64,000 bases of DNA from contig UQFY01000010.1 of NCBI GenBank assembly GCA_900540385.1, positions 7,220 through 71,219 on the forward strand, written 5' to 3'. The notes beneath the pieces are model-generated. The model saw nothing but the letters and a program-made list of their open reading frames with translations. It was not told the DNA's origin and searched no databases. Positions 1-8,510 of the stretch are shown here, one piece after another. The translations under genes and the position numbers were made by a program. Origin of the DNA: an uncultured Mollicutes bacterium. GTDB taxonomy: Bacteria; Bacillota_I; Bacilli_A; RFN20; CAG-826. Position 1 is the stretch's first letter, and each line of letters begins with the position of its first letter.

Positions 1-1136
1 AATTAGAAAAGGTTTCGGGCATGTCTGTTAAAGAGGCACATGACGAAATCATGAAACGTGTCGAAAGCAAGATGCAAGTCGAAATTGCGCAATTCATTAA
101 GAATGCTGAAGATGAAGCAAACGACACCGCCGAAGCAAAAGCTAGAGATCTTCTTTCCTTAGCTTGCGATAAATACGCTCAAGACGTTGTTACAGAACGT
201 AGCGTCGCCGTCATTGCTCTTCCTACCGACGAATTAAAAGGCAGAATCATCGGCCGTGAAGGAAGAAATATCCGTGTATTAGAACAAACTCTCGGTGTTG
301 ACCTTGTTGTTGATGATACTCCAGAAGTTATCACCGTTTCTTGCTTTAACCCAATTCGTCGTGAGATTGCAAAACGTACTTTGGAAATCTTAGTTAAGGA
401 TGGAAGAATCCAACCTGGAAGAATCGAAGAAGTGGCTGCTAAATGCAAATCTGAAGTCGATAACGATTGCTTCAAAGCCGGACAAGATGCGGTTAACCGT
501 TTAGGCTTAGTCCGTATGAACCGTGATTTGATTGCTCTTTTAGGCAAACTCAAATATCGTACTTCCTTTGGACAAAACGTCTTGGAACATTCTATCGAAG
601 TTGGCTATCTTTGCGGAATTATGGCCGCAGAACTTGGCTTAGATCAAAACCTTGCCCGTCGTGCTGGACTTCTTCACGATATTGGTAAAGCCGTTGATTA
701 TGAACAAGAAGGAAGCCATGCTTCATTAGGCGCATCCCTTGCACGTAAATATGGTGAAAATGAAGTGGTTATCAATTCCATCGAAGCGCATCATGGCGAT
801 GTCCCTTGCACAAGCGTTATTTCCCATCTTGTGATTGCAGCCGATACTTTAAGTGCTGCTCGTCCAGGTGCTAGAAGCGAAACTCTTGAAACCTATACCA
901 AACGTATTACCCAACTCGAAGAAATCGCTAAAGAATTCGATGGTGTGCAACAAGCCTACGCCGTTCAAGCTGGACGTGAAATCCGCGTTATGGTCATTCC
1001 AGAGAAGGTTTCTGATGCTGAAGCCGTTAAGATGGCTCAGCAGATGCGTGAAAAGATCGAGAATACAATGACATATCCTGGAACCATTAAGGTTTCCATC
1101 ATCCGCGAATATCGAGCGGTAGAAACGGCTAAATAA
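1..1136 (+). CDS. rny: Ribonuclease Y, C-terminal ~375 aa (5' end lies upstream of window)
   Basis: The frame is open from nt 3 (LEKVSG precedes the first Met at 21). KH motif GRIIGREGRNIR, HD motif LLHDIGKA..EAHHGD, and C-terminal end IREYRAVETAK. Collinear with Bacillus RNase Y as I recall it. Confidence 0.93.
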   Translation, partial: LEKVSGMSVKEAHDEIMKRVESKMQVEIAQFIKNAEDEANDTAEAKARDLLSLACDKYAQDVVTERSVAVIALPTDELKGRIIGREGRNIRVLEQTLGVDLVVDDTPEVITVSCFNPIRREIAKRTLEILVKDGRIQPGRIEEVAAKCKSEVDNDCFKAGQDAVNRLGLVRMNRDLIALLGKLKYRTSFGQNVLEHSIEVGYLCGIMAAELGLDQNLARRAGLLHDIGKAVDYEQEGSHASLGASLARKYGENEVVINSIEAHHGDVPCTSVISHLVIAADTLSAARPGARSETLETYTKRITQLEEIAKEFDGVQQAYAVQAGREIRVMVIPEKVSDAEAVKMAQQMREKIENTMTYPGTIKVSIIREYRAVETAK

Positions 1137-1921
1137 TGCGTATTCTCTTTTATGGAGATATTGTTGGAAAGGTGGGTCGCAATGCGATCCATCTTTCTTT
1201 GCCTAGACTTGTCAATAAATATCAAATCGACTTTGTGATTGCCAATGGCGAAAACGCCTCCCATGGTAAAGGTTTACTGGAAAAACATTACAAAGAATTG
1301 ATTGATGACGGTGTTGATTGTCTTACTTTAGGAAACCACTGGCATTCAAAAGCCCAAATCGACTCCTATATCGATGAGGCGGATCAACTTGTTCGCCCTT
1401 TGAATCTCTTGAAATATCCTCATGGTGTCGGAAGTGCTCTCTTTGATGTTGGAGGAGTTCCTATTCGTGTTACAAACATTCTTCTTCAATCTTTTATGAC
1501 TGAGGAAGTGGAGCATCCTGTATCTTCTTTGAAAAAACTCTTACTCGAAGAAAATGAACCTTGTATTCATTTTGTGGATATTCATGGAGAATCTACCTCC
1601 GAAAAACAAATCTTCGCCTATGAATTCGAAGGACTTGTGACGGCGATTGTCGGCACTCACACTCATGTTCAAACCAATGACGCAAGAATCCTTGAAGGCG
1701 GAACAGCCTATTTAAGTGATGTAGGAATGTGCGGGGATCCTGATGGAGTTATTGGCTTTGAAAGAAAATCTGTGATGAATAAAATTCTTGGCGGACAAAC
1801 AGGGGCATTCCAAATTGATGAGAATGCGAAAATGATGGTGAATGCCTGTATAATCGATATAGATGATGACACGTTTGAAGCCACGAAAATTCAAACTATC
1901 CACCAAATTGTAGAAAGGTAA
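1136..1921 (+). CDS. ymdB: YmdB-family metallophosphoesterase (2',3'-cyclic-nucleotide phosphodiesterase)
   Basis: 261 aa. Calcineurin-like motifs (GDIVG, GNHW, GTHTHVQTND). The start overlaps the rny stop (TAATG). The rny-ymdB order matches Bacillus. Confidence 0.9.
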   Translation: MRILFYGDIVGKVGRNAIHLSLPRLVNKYQIDFVIANGENASHGKGLLEKHYKELIDDGVDCLTLGNHWHSKAQIDSYIDEADQLVRPLNLLKYPHGVGSALFDVGGVPIRVTNILLQSFMTEEVEHPVSSLKKLLLEENEPCIHFVDIHGESTSEKQIFAYEFEGLVTAIVGTHTHVQTNDARILEGGTAYLSDVGMCGDPDGVIGFERKSVMNKILGGQTGAFQIDENAKMMVNACIIDIDDDTFEATKIQTIHQIVER

Positions 1922-1925
1922 TGAT

Positions 1926-3662
1926 ATGAGAAAAGTAATTTATGAAAATGTCGCCTCGCAAAAAGATGCGGCAAAACGTCCTGAAGTGGAACGTTCCCTT
2001 TCCCAAAACGAGGTTGCGCCTATTTTAAAAAACTTTGCCCAAGGGAAACTTTTCTATATTCGAACATATGGTTGTCAGGCCAACGTTCGTGATGAAGAAA
2101 TCATGGCTGGTTATCTTTCTAAGGCGGGTTTTAGCCGTACCGAAGATCCAAGAAAGGCCAATCTTGCAATCATTAACACCTGCGCCGTAAGAGAAAACGC
2201 GGAAGATAAAGTCTATGGTGAAATCGGCTCCTTTAAAGCAAATAAAGATCAGGATAAGGATTTCATGCTCGTCTTATCTGGCTGCGTTATGGATGAAAAC
2301 GATATTGCCCAAAAACTAATGCAAACCTACCCATGGATTACCTTGGTGATTGGCACTCACGATATTAGCAAATTGAATGAATTACTCGCCTCTTCCTTAG
2401 AGAAGAAGGCTTCTATTGTTTCCGTACGTTCCTTTGCTAGCGAAGTCGTAGAAAATATGCCTTCCGTTCGTTTAAATTCTTCCCAAGCTTTCGTCAATAT
2501 TTCTTATGGCTGTGATAAGTTTTGCACTTATTGCATTGTTCCTTACACACGTGGAAGAGAACGTTCCCGTAAAATGGAAGACATCGTTAAAGAATGCCAA
2601 GATTTAGTTGATAAAGGATATAAACAAATCACTTTGCTTGGCCAAAACGTAAATTCCTATGGCTTAGATTTCAAAGACGGGACAACGTTTGCGAAGTTAT
2701 TGAAAGCCGTCGCGGAAACAAACATCCCGCATCTTCGTTTTTTAACTTCTTATCCTTCTCAATTCACCGATGAAATGATTGATGTGATGGCTACTTATCC
2801 AAATATTGATCATTGGTTACATTTCCCTGTTCAATCAGGTTCTAGCAAAGTCCTCCAAAAGATGGGGAGAAGATACACGAGAGAAGAATATCTCGATGTT
2901 GTCCATAGAATTCGTGCCAAAATCCCAGATATCGCTTTAACCACGGATATCATTGTGGGCTTCCCTTATGAGACGGAAGAGGATTTCCAAGAAACCCTTT
3001 CTTTATGTAAGGAAGTCGGTTATTCTAGCGCTTTTACCTTCATTTATTCTCCACGTCCTGGAACACCAGCTGCGAAGATGGAGCAAGTTCCACCAGAGGT
3101 ATCTCACGAAAGATTCATGCGTTTAAAAGCACTTATTGATGAATTAACCGCTAAGTCTTCTGATGAATGCGTTGATAAAGAATTTAACGTTCTTGTCGAA
3201 GGCCCATCAAAGAAAAATAAAGACGTGCTTTCGGGATATGCTCCAAATGGCAAATTAATTAACTTCCCTGGCCCAAGCTATTTAAGTGGCTGTACCGTTA
3301 AAGTGAAAGTCAATCGCTCGCAAGTTTATTCTCTTTTTGGTGAGATGGTGGAAGACCCACTTATTGCTAAGGCGAAAGATGTTGCCTTCCTTCTTCAAAG
3401 CTCGCCCCTTATTAGAGAATACCTTGCCTTAGATAAAGAGATTCAAAACGATTCAGAAATTCATTCTATGGGCGAAGAGTTAGTTGAGAAAAAGAAAAAA
3501 CTGGCTTTATCTATCGATAACAAAGAAGAACCCTTGAAAGCAAAAGAAGAATACGAAGACCTTTTGAAACGTATTCATAATCATCCTCTTTTGAATAATC
3601 ATGATGCCCTAAAAGAAACGGTGGAAGGTGAGCTTCTCCTAGTGAGGAATCTTTTGAAATGA
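1926..3662 (+). CDS. miaB: tRNA-i6A37 methylthiotransferase MiaB with extra C-terminal YlbF/YmcA-like helical domain
   Basis: 578 aa. UPF0004 domain (YIRTYGCQANVRDEE), radical-SAM motif CDKFCTYC, and a TRAM domain ending near aa 470. About 105 additional Cys-free helical residues follow. Confidence 0.9.
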   Translation: MRKVIYENVASQKDAAKRPEVERSLSQNEVAPILKNFAQGKLFYIRTYGCQANVRDEEIMAGYLSKAGFSRTEDPRKANLAIINTCAVRENAEDKVYGEIGSFKANKDQDKDFMLVLSGCVMDENDIAQKLMQTYPWITLVIGTHDISKLNELLASSLEKKASIVSVRSFASEVVENMPSVRLNSSQAFVNISYGCDKFCTYCIVPYTRGRERSRKMEDIVKECQDLVDKGYKQITLLGQNVNSYGLDFKDGTTFAKLLKAVAETNIPHLRFLTSYPSQFTDEMIDVMATYPNIDHWLHFPVQSGSSKVLQKMGRRYTREEYLDVVHRIRAKIPDIALTTDIIVGFPYETEEDFQETLSLCKEVGYSSAFTFIYSPRPGTPAAKMEQVPPEVSHERFMRLKALIDELTAKSSDECVDKEFNVLVEGPSKKNKDVLSGYAPNGKLINFPGPSYLSGCTVKVKVNRSQVYSLFGEMVEDPLIAKAKDVAFLLQSSPLIREYLALDKEIQNDSEIHSMGEELVEKKKKLALSIDNKEEPLKAKEEYEDLLKRIHNHPLLNNHDALKETVEGELLLVRNLLK

Positions 3663-4552
3663 TTCTTGTTCTTACTGGTCCAACAGGTACAGGCAAAAGC
3701 AAACTTGCGATTTCCTTAGCAAATAAAATCAACGGAGAAATTGTGAATGCGGATGCTTTTCAAGTGTATGAAAAACTAAGAATTGCAACCGCCTCTCCCA
3801 CAGAGGAAGAAAAAAAGAAGGCTCCTCATCATCTTTATAATTTCGTCCCTTTAACGGATAGCTATGACATTTCTCGTTATCAAATAGACGCTAGAAAAAC
3901 TCTCAAGGAGATTCTTTCTCGAAAGAAGACGCCTATTTTGGTTGGAGGAAGTGGCCTTTATATTCGTTCTGCTTTGTATGATTATGATTTATCGATTGAC
4001 ACTTCTTCGGTAGATATGTCTCCTTATGAAGAAAAAACCAATGAGGATTTGCATGCGATTTTAGAAAAATTAGATCCTGAAGAAGCAAAGAAAATCCCTT
4101 ATCAAAACCGAAGAAGGGTTCTAAGAGATATCGCTATATGTCTAGCGGCAAATGAAAGCAAAACCTCTCTTTTAGCAAGACAAAACCACGAGCCGATTTA
4201 TCCGACTTTGTTCTTTTCCTTATCCAAGGACAGAGAAGAACTTTATGAGCATCTTGATCAACGTGTTGAAAAGATGTTTCAAGAAGGCCTTTTAGAAGAA
4301 AGTTTGCCCCTTATTAAGGAATATGGGGAGAGTAGGGCTGCTTTCCAAGCCATAGGCGTGAAAGAATTGATTCCTTATATTCATAATGAGGTAACTCTTT
4401 CGCAAACCATCGATAAAATAAAATTAGACACACGTCATTACGTAAAAAGGCAAGAGACGTTTTTCCGTCATCAATTTCCCGTTCATTATGTTTCTAACGA
4501 AGAAGAGATTCTTTCTTTTTTAAGGGAATCGTCTTCCCTTTTATCCAAATAA
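3659..4552 (+). CDS. miaA: tRNA dimethylallyltransferase
   Basis: 297 aa. N-terminal P-loop GPTGTGKS and IPP-transferase family layout. ATGA overlap with the miaB stop. Confidence 0.92.
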   Translation: MILVLTGPTGTGKSKLAISLANKINGEIVNADAFQVYEKLRIATASPTEEEKKKAPHHLYNFVPLTDSYDISRYQIDARKTLKEILSRKKTPILVGGSGLYIRSALYDYDLSIDTSSVDMSPYEEKTNEDLHAILEKLDPEEAKKIPYQNRRRVLRDIAICLAANESKTSLLARQNHEPIYPTLFFSLSKDREELYEHLDQRVEKMFQEGLLEESLPLIKEYGESRAAFQAIGVKELIPYIHNEVTLSQTIDKIKLDTRHYVKRQETFFRHQFPVHYVSNEEEILSFLRESSSLLSK

Positions 4553-4595
4553 GCCGTATCTTACTCTAGAGAAGTGAAATAGGAGGTCATATCAT

Positions 4596-6212
4596 ATGAA
4601 CCTTTTGAAGATACAAGAAGTTGCTAAAAAAGCAAATATCCCTGAAGAATATGTCGAACCATATGGTTTTTATAAGGCAAAAATCGATTACGCTTTATAC
4701 GAGAAAATCAAAAACAACCCTACAGGAAAACTCGTTCTTGTTACGGCCATAACGCCTACAAAAGCGGGAGAAGGAAAAACGACAATGTCTATTGCTTTGC
4801 AAGAAGGCTTTGGCAAAATCTCTCAACAAGCAATGCTTTGCCTTCGTGAACCTGCTCTAGGACCTGTCTTTGGAATTAAAGGCGGGGCAACAGGTGGAGG
4901 AAAGGCTTCTATCGCTCCTAGTGAGGATATCAATCTTCATTTCACTGGGGACATGCATGCATTAACCTCATCCATTAATCTTATTTCCGCTATCATTGAT
5001 AACTCTATTTATCACGGAAATCCTTTGAATATCGATCCAACACGTGTCGTTTGGAAAAGAGCGATTGATATGAATGATCGTGCCCTTCGTCAAATTACCA
5101 TCGGAGAAGGGGATAAGAAAGGAAGCCCTAGACAAGATGGCTTTGTGATTACGGTTGCTTCTGAAATGATGGCTATTCTTTGCCTCGCAAAGGATGAATT
5201 CGATTTCCACGAAAGATTATTAAAAATCATTGTAGCTTATAACAAAGAAGGAAACCCAATTACCGTTAAAGATCTTGATTGTTCGCATGCCGTTATGCGT
5301 TTAATGAAAGAAGCTTTAAAACCGAATTTGGTGCAAACAATAGAAGGGGAACCATGCCTTGTTCATGGCGGCCCGTTTGCGAACATTGCCCATGGTTGTA
5401 ATTCCCTTCTTGCTACCCGTCTTGCCTTAAAATTATCTCCAATCGTTATTACTGAAGCGGGATTCGGTGCTGATTTAGGCGCTGAAAAATTCCTTGATAT
5501 TGCTTGCCAAGAAGGAGAACTTCATGCGGATATGGCTGTTTTAGTCGCGACCATTCGCGCCCTTAAAATGCATGGTGGCCTTCCTTTCGAAGAGCTTACT
5601 TCGGAAAACGTCGACGCCTTAAAGAAAGGGCTCGTAAACCTTGAAAGGCATGCAAGTAATCTTCAAAAATATGGCATACCTGTATTGATTGCCATCAACC
5701 ATTTCTCTTCAGATACAAAGAAAGAGGTTGAAGCCCTCATCGATTGGTGCAAAGAAAAAGGATATGAATATTCTTTTGTAGACGCTTTCGAAAAAGGAGG
5801 AGAGGGCGCTATCGATTTGGCTAAGAAAGTCAAAGCCATGCTTGAAAACACAACCTCCAACTATCGCCCAATCTACAATAGAGATTCTTCTTTAAAAGAA
5901 AAAATCGAAACCATTTGTAAGGAAATCTATCACGCAGGATCGGTTGAATATTCTCCTTTGGCAGAAAAAGAGTTGACCCTGTATGCAAATATGGGTTTCT
6001 CAGATGCCTATATTTGTATGGCAAAAACACCGAATTCTCTTAGTGATGATCCCAAACTATTAGGCGCTCCAGAAGGATTCCCAATCCATATTCGTGAAAT
6101 AAATCTCTCCGCAGGTGCCAATTTCGTTGTTCCTTTAACAGGATCGATTATGACAATGCCAGGTCTTCCAAAAGAACCTGCTGCAGTCAAAATGGAAAAA
6201 GAACCATGGTAA
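4596..6212 (+). CDS. fhs: Formate--tetrahydrofolate ligase
   Basis: 538 aa. FTHFS motifs PTKAGEGKTT and GIKGGATGGG. AGGAGG ribosome-binding site upstream. Confidence 0.95.
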   Translation: MNLLKIQEVAKKANIPEEYVEPYGFYKAKIDYALYEKIKNNPTGKLVLVTAITPTKAGEGKTTMSIALQEGFGKISQQAMLCLREPALGPVFGIKGGATGGGKASIAPSEDINLHFTGDMHALTSSINLISAIIDNSIYHGNPLNIDPTRVVWKRAIDMNDRALRQITIGEGDKKGSPRQDGFVITVASEMMAILCLAKDEFDFHERLLKIIVAYNKEGNPITVKDLDCSHAVMRLMKEALKPNLVQTIEGEPCLVHGGPFANIAHGCNSLLATRLALKLSPIVITEAGFGADLGAEKFLDIACQEGELHADMAVLVATIRALKMHGGLPFEELTSENVDALKKGLVNLERHASNLQKYGIPVLIAINHFSSDTKKEVEALIDWCKEKGYEYSFVDAFEKGGEGAIDLAKKVKAMLENTTSNYRPIYNRDSSLKEKIETICKEIYHAGSVEYSPLAEKELTLYANMGFSDAYICMAKTPNSLSDDPKLLGAPEGFPIHIREINLSAGANFVVPLTGSIMTMPGLPKEPAAVKMEKEPW

Positions 6213-6415
6213 TCACAAAATACGATTTATTTGATGAGGTGGAGATGAAAAAAGCTCACCCCTGTGTTCATCATTCAAAACGTTTTCAAATTGTTCGTCT
6301 TGGAGCGGACATTAAAATCAAGTGTCTCGGATGTGGCAATATCATCATGATTGACCGTGATAAATTCAATCATTCTTTGAAAAAAGTTATTGGTCCAATA
6401 AACGAAAAGAAATAA
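6206..6415 (+). CDS. DUF951 family small protein (YyzM-like)
   Basis: 69 aa. The pattern VEMKKAHPC...FQIVRLGADIKIKCLGCGNIIMIDRDKF is typical of DUF951. Overlaps the fhs end by 7 nt. Confidence 0.75.
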   Translation: MVITKYDLFDEVEMKKAHPCVHHSKRFQIVRLGADIKIKCLGCGNIIMIDRDKFNHSLKKVIGPINEKK

Positions 6416-6464
6416 AAAATGGCATTTTTCTAAAAACCCCGTCTTCTTATAAGTGGGGTGAAAA

Positions 6465-8510
6465 ATGTTTCGAGCAATTTCTTTAAGTAAAAGTTATGGC
6501 AAAGGCGAAAAAAGAGTCTTTGCTTTAAAGGATGTTTCGTTCTCTTTACCTGAAAAAGGACTTTTTGCGATCGTTGGAAAGTCGGGATCAGGGAAATCGA
6601 CCTTATTAAATCTTCTTTCTTGTGCGGAAGAAAAGACGGAAGGTGAACTCTTCTACGCCGAAGAAGACTTAAGCAAATTAAAAGGAAAGAAATTAGAAAA
6701 CTATCGTCGTTTTGTCTGTTCCTTTATTTATCAACATTTTGAATTATTGGAAGAATTCTCTTCTTTTGAGAACGTTGTTCTTCCTCTTAAAATTCGTGGA
6801 GAAAACGAAAAAGAAAGCAAAAAGAAAGGGGAGGAACTTTTTCATATTTTTCACTTAGAGAGTTTAAAGAATAAAAAAGTCTCTTTGCTTTCCGGAGGAG
6901 AAAAACAAAGAATTGCTTTCTTACGCGCTATTATTACCGAACCCAAAGTTATTTTTGCGGATGAGCCAACAGGCGCTTTAGATAAGCAAAACGAAAAATT
7001 CTTAATGGAGGCGTTGAAAAAGATCTCTCAAAACACTTTGGTTTTGTTCGTGACGCATAATGAAAAACTCGTCGAAGAATATGCGGATGATTATCTTCGT
7101 CTTGAAGATGGGAAACTATTAAAAAGCATTGATAAATCATCCTCCTCTTTAGAAAAGATCCCTCTAAAGAAAAAGAAACGAAGTTCCTGGTTCACAAAAT
7201 TGATTTTTCATAACTATAAAAAGAATTTGGCTAAAAACATTCTCTCTTTTTTAAGCGGTTTTATAGGTTATTTATCTTTGCTTATTGGTTTTGGCTTTTA
7301 TGCAGGAAGCGAATCTTCTTTAAAAAACGAGCGAGGACATACACTCAATTATCTTCAAGCAAGTCTTTCAAAACAGGTCCGTTATGAAAATGAAGGATCT
7401 CCTCTTTCTTTGATAAGAAGCGAGAAACCCTCTCTTCAAGAAGCAAAAGATTTCTTCCGTGATTTCCCTTCTATATCCTTTGAGAATGATTATTCGTATT
7501 TCTTTCCTTCTTACCATTCTTTTACTTTGAACGGTTTCTCTTTTGAGAGCGTGAATTTTATTCCTTTAAAAGACATTACTCTTCGTGATAGAAGCGTCCC
7601 CTTCTTGTCAAAAGGAGAATTACCTTCGGGGAATTCTTTGAATTATTGCTTGGTGAATGAAGAATTTGAAGAACTTGTGCAAAAGAATCCTGTTGGGAAA
7701 AGACTGAAGGCAAGTAACACGGTTACGGTTTCAAGAGGAGAGAAAGTGGATAGCGTATCTTTGGATTTCTCTTTCCTTATTCTTGGCGTAGTGAAAGAAT
7801 TTTCCTTTTTAAATACGCCAAAAGTCTTCTTTTCTTTTCCTTCTTTTGAAAGAACATTAAAAGAAAAAGAATTAGAGAATCTTTCGATGAATGTCGGGGA
7901 ATTTTTAGAAACCGAAGACAGAAATTCTGCTTATTATTCTTATGCTTATCAAATCTTCTTTAATGAAGAAGACGCTTCTCGCTTAGAGAAATTCTCCCAA
8001 GACTTAGCGAAAGAGGAGGGTGAGTTTGTAATTACATCTTCCTCTTTTACCATCAATTCTTCTTTTCAAAATCTATATGAAGCGTTCTCTTCTTCTTTGC
8101 TTCCGTTTGCTTTTATTGAAGTAATAGGCGTAGCCTTTATTCTATCTTCCTTAACGTATCATTCTTTTCTAGAAAGAAGAAAGCAGGCTGCCATTTTAAC
8201 TTCCTTAGGATCTAGCAAGAGAGATATTGAAAAAATCTATGAATCAGAGCCTCTCTTAACAAGCTTGTTGAGCGTGGTTTTTGCTTTGTTTCTTTCTTAT
8301 CCAGCAAGCTTAATAGCATCTAGATATCTTGAAAAACGGGTAGGCATATCTTCTTTAGTTCGTATTCCGTATATGTCTTATTTAGGAATTCCTTTCTTTC
8401 CGATTCTTCTTCTTTTGATTTTTTCTCTTTTGATCGCGTTTATAAGCGGTTTTATCCCTTTGTGGATATCAAGAAAAAGAAATTTGTTAGAGGAGCTTAG
8501 AGACGAATGA
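6465..8510 (+). CDS. Fused ABC transporter ATP-binding domain + FtsX/MacB-type permease
   Basis: 681 aa. Walker A GKSGSGKST, signature LSGGEKQR, Walker B IFADEPTGALD. These are followed by a TM helix, a large extracytoplasmic region and a C-terminal 3-TM FtsX-like bundle. Confidence 0.85.
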   Translation: MFRAISLSKSYGKGEKRVFALKDVSFSLPEKGLFAIVGKSGSGKSTLLNLLSCAEEKTEGELFYAEEDLSKLKGKKLENYRRFVCSFIYQHFELLEEFSSFENVVLPLKIRGENEKESKKKGEELFHIFHLESLKNKKVSLLSGGEKQRIAFLRAIITEPKVIFADEPTGALDKQNEKFLMEALKKISQNTLVLFVTHNEKLVEEYADDYLRLEDGKLLKSIDKSSSSLEKIPLKKKKRSSWFTKLIFHNYKKNLAKNILSFLSGFIGYLSLLIGFGFYAGSESSLKNERGHTLNYLQASLSKQVRYENEGSPLSLIRSEKPSLQEAKDFFRDFPSISFENDYSYFFPSYHSFTLNGFSFESVNFIPLKDITLRDRSVPFLSKGELPSGNSLNYCLVNEEFEELVQKNPVGKRLKASNTVTVSRGEKVDSVSLDFSFLILGVVKEFSFLNTPKVFFSFPSFERTLKEKELENLSMNVGEFLETEDRNSAYYSYAYQIFFNEEDASRLEKFSQDLAKEEGEFVITSSSFTINSSFQNLYEAFSSSLLPFAFIEVIGVAFILSSLTYHSFLERRKQAAILTSLGSSKRDIEKIYESEPLLTSLLSVVFALFLSYPASLIASRYLEKRVGISSLVRIPYMSYLGIPFFPILLLLIFSLLIAFISGFIPLWISRKRNLLEELRDE

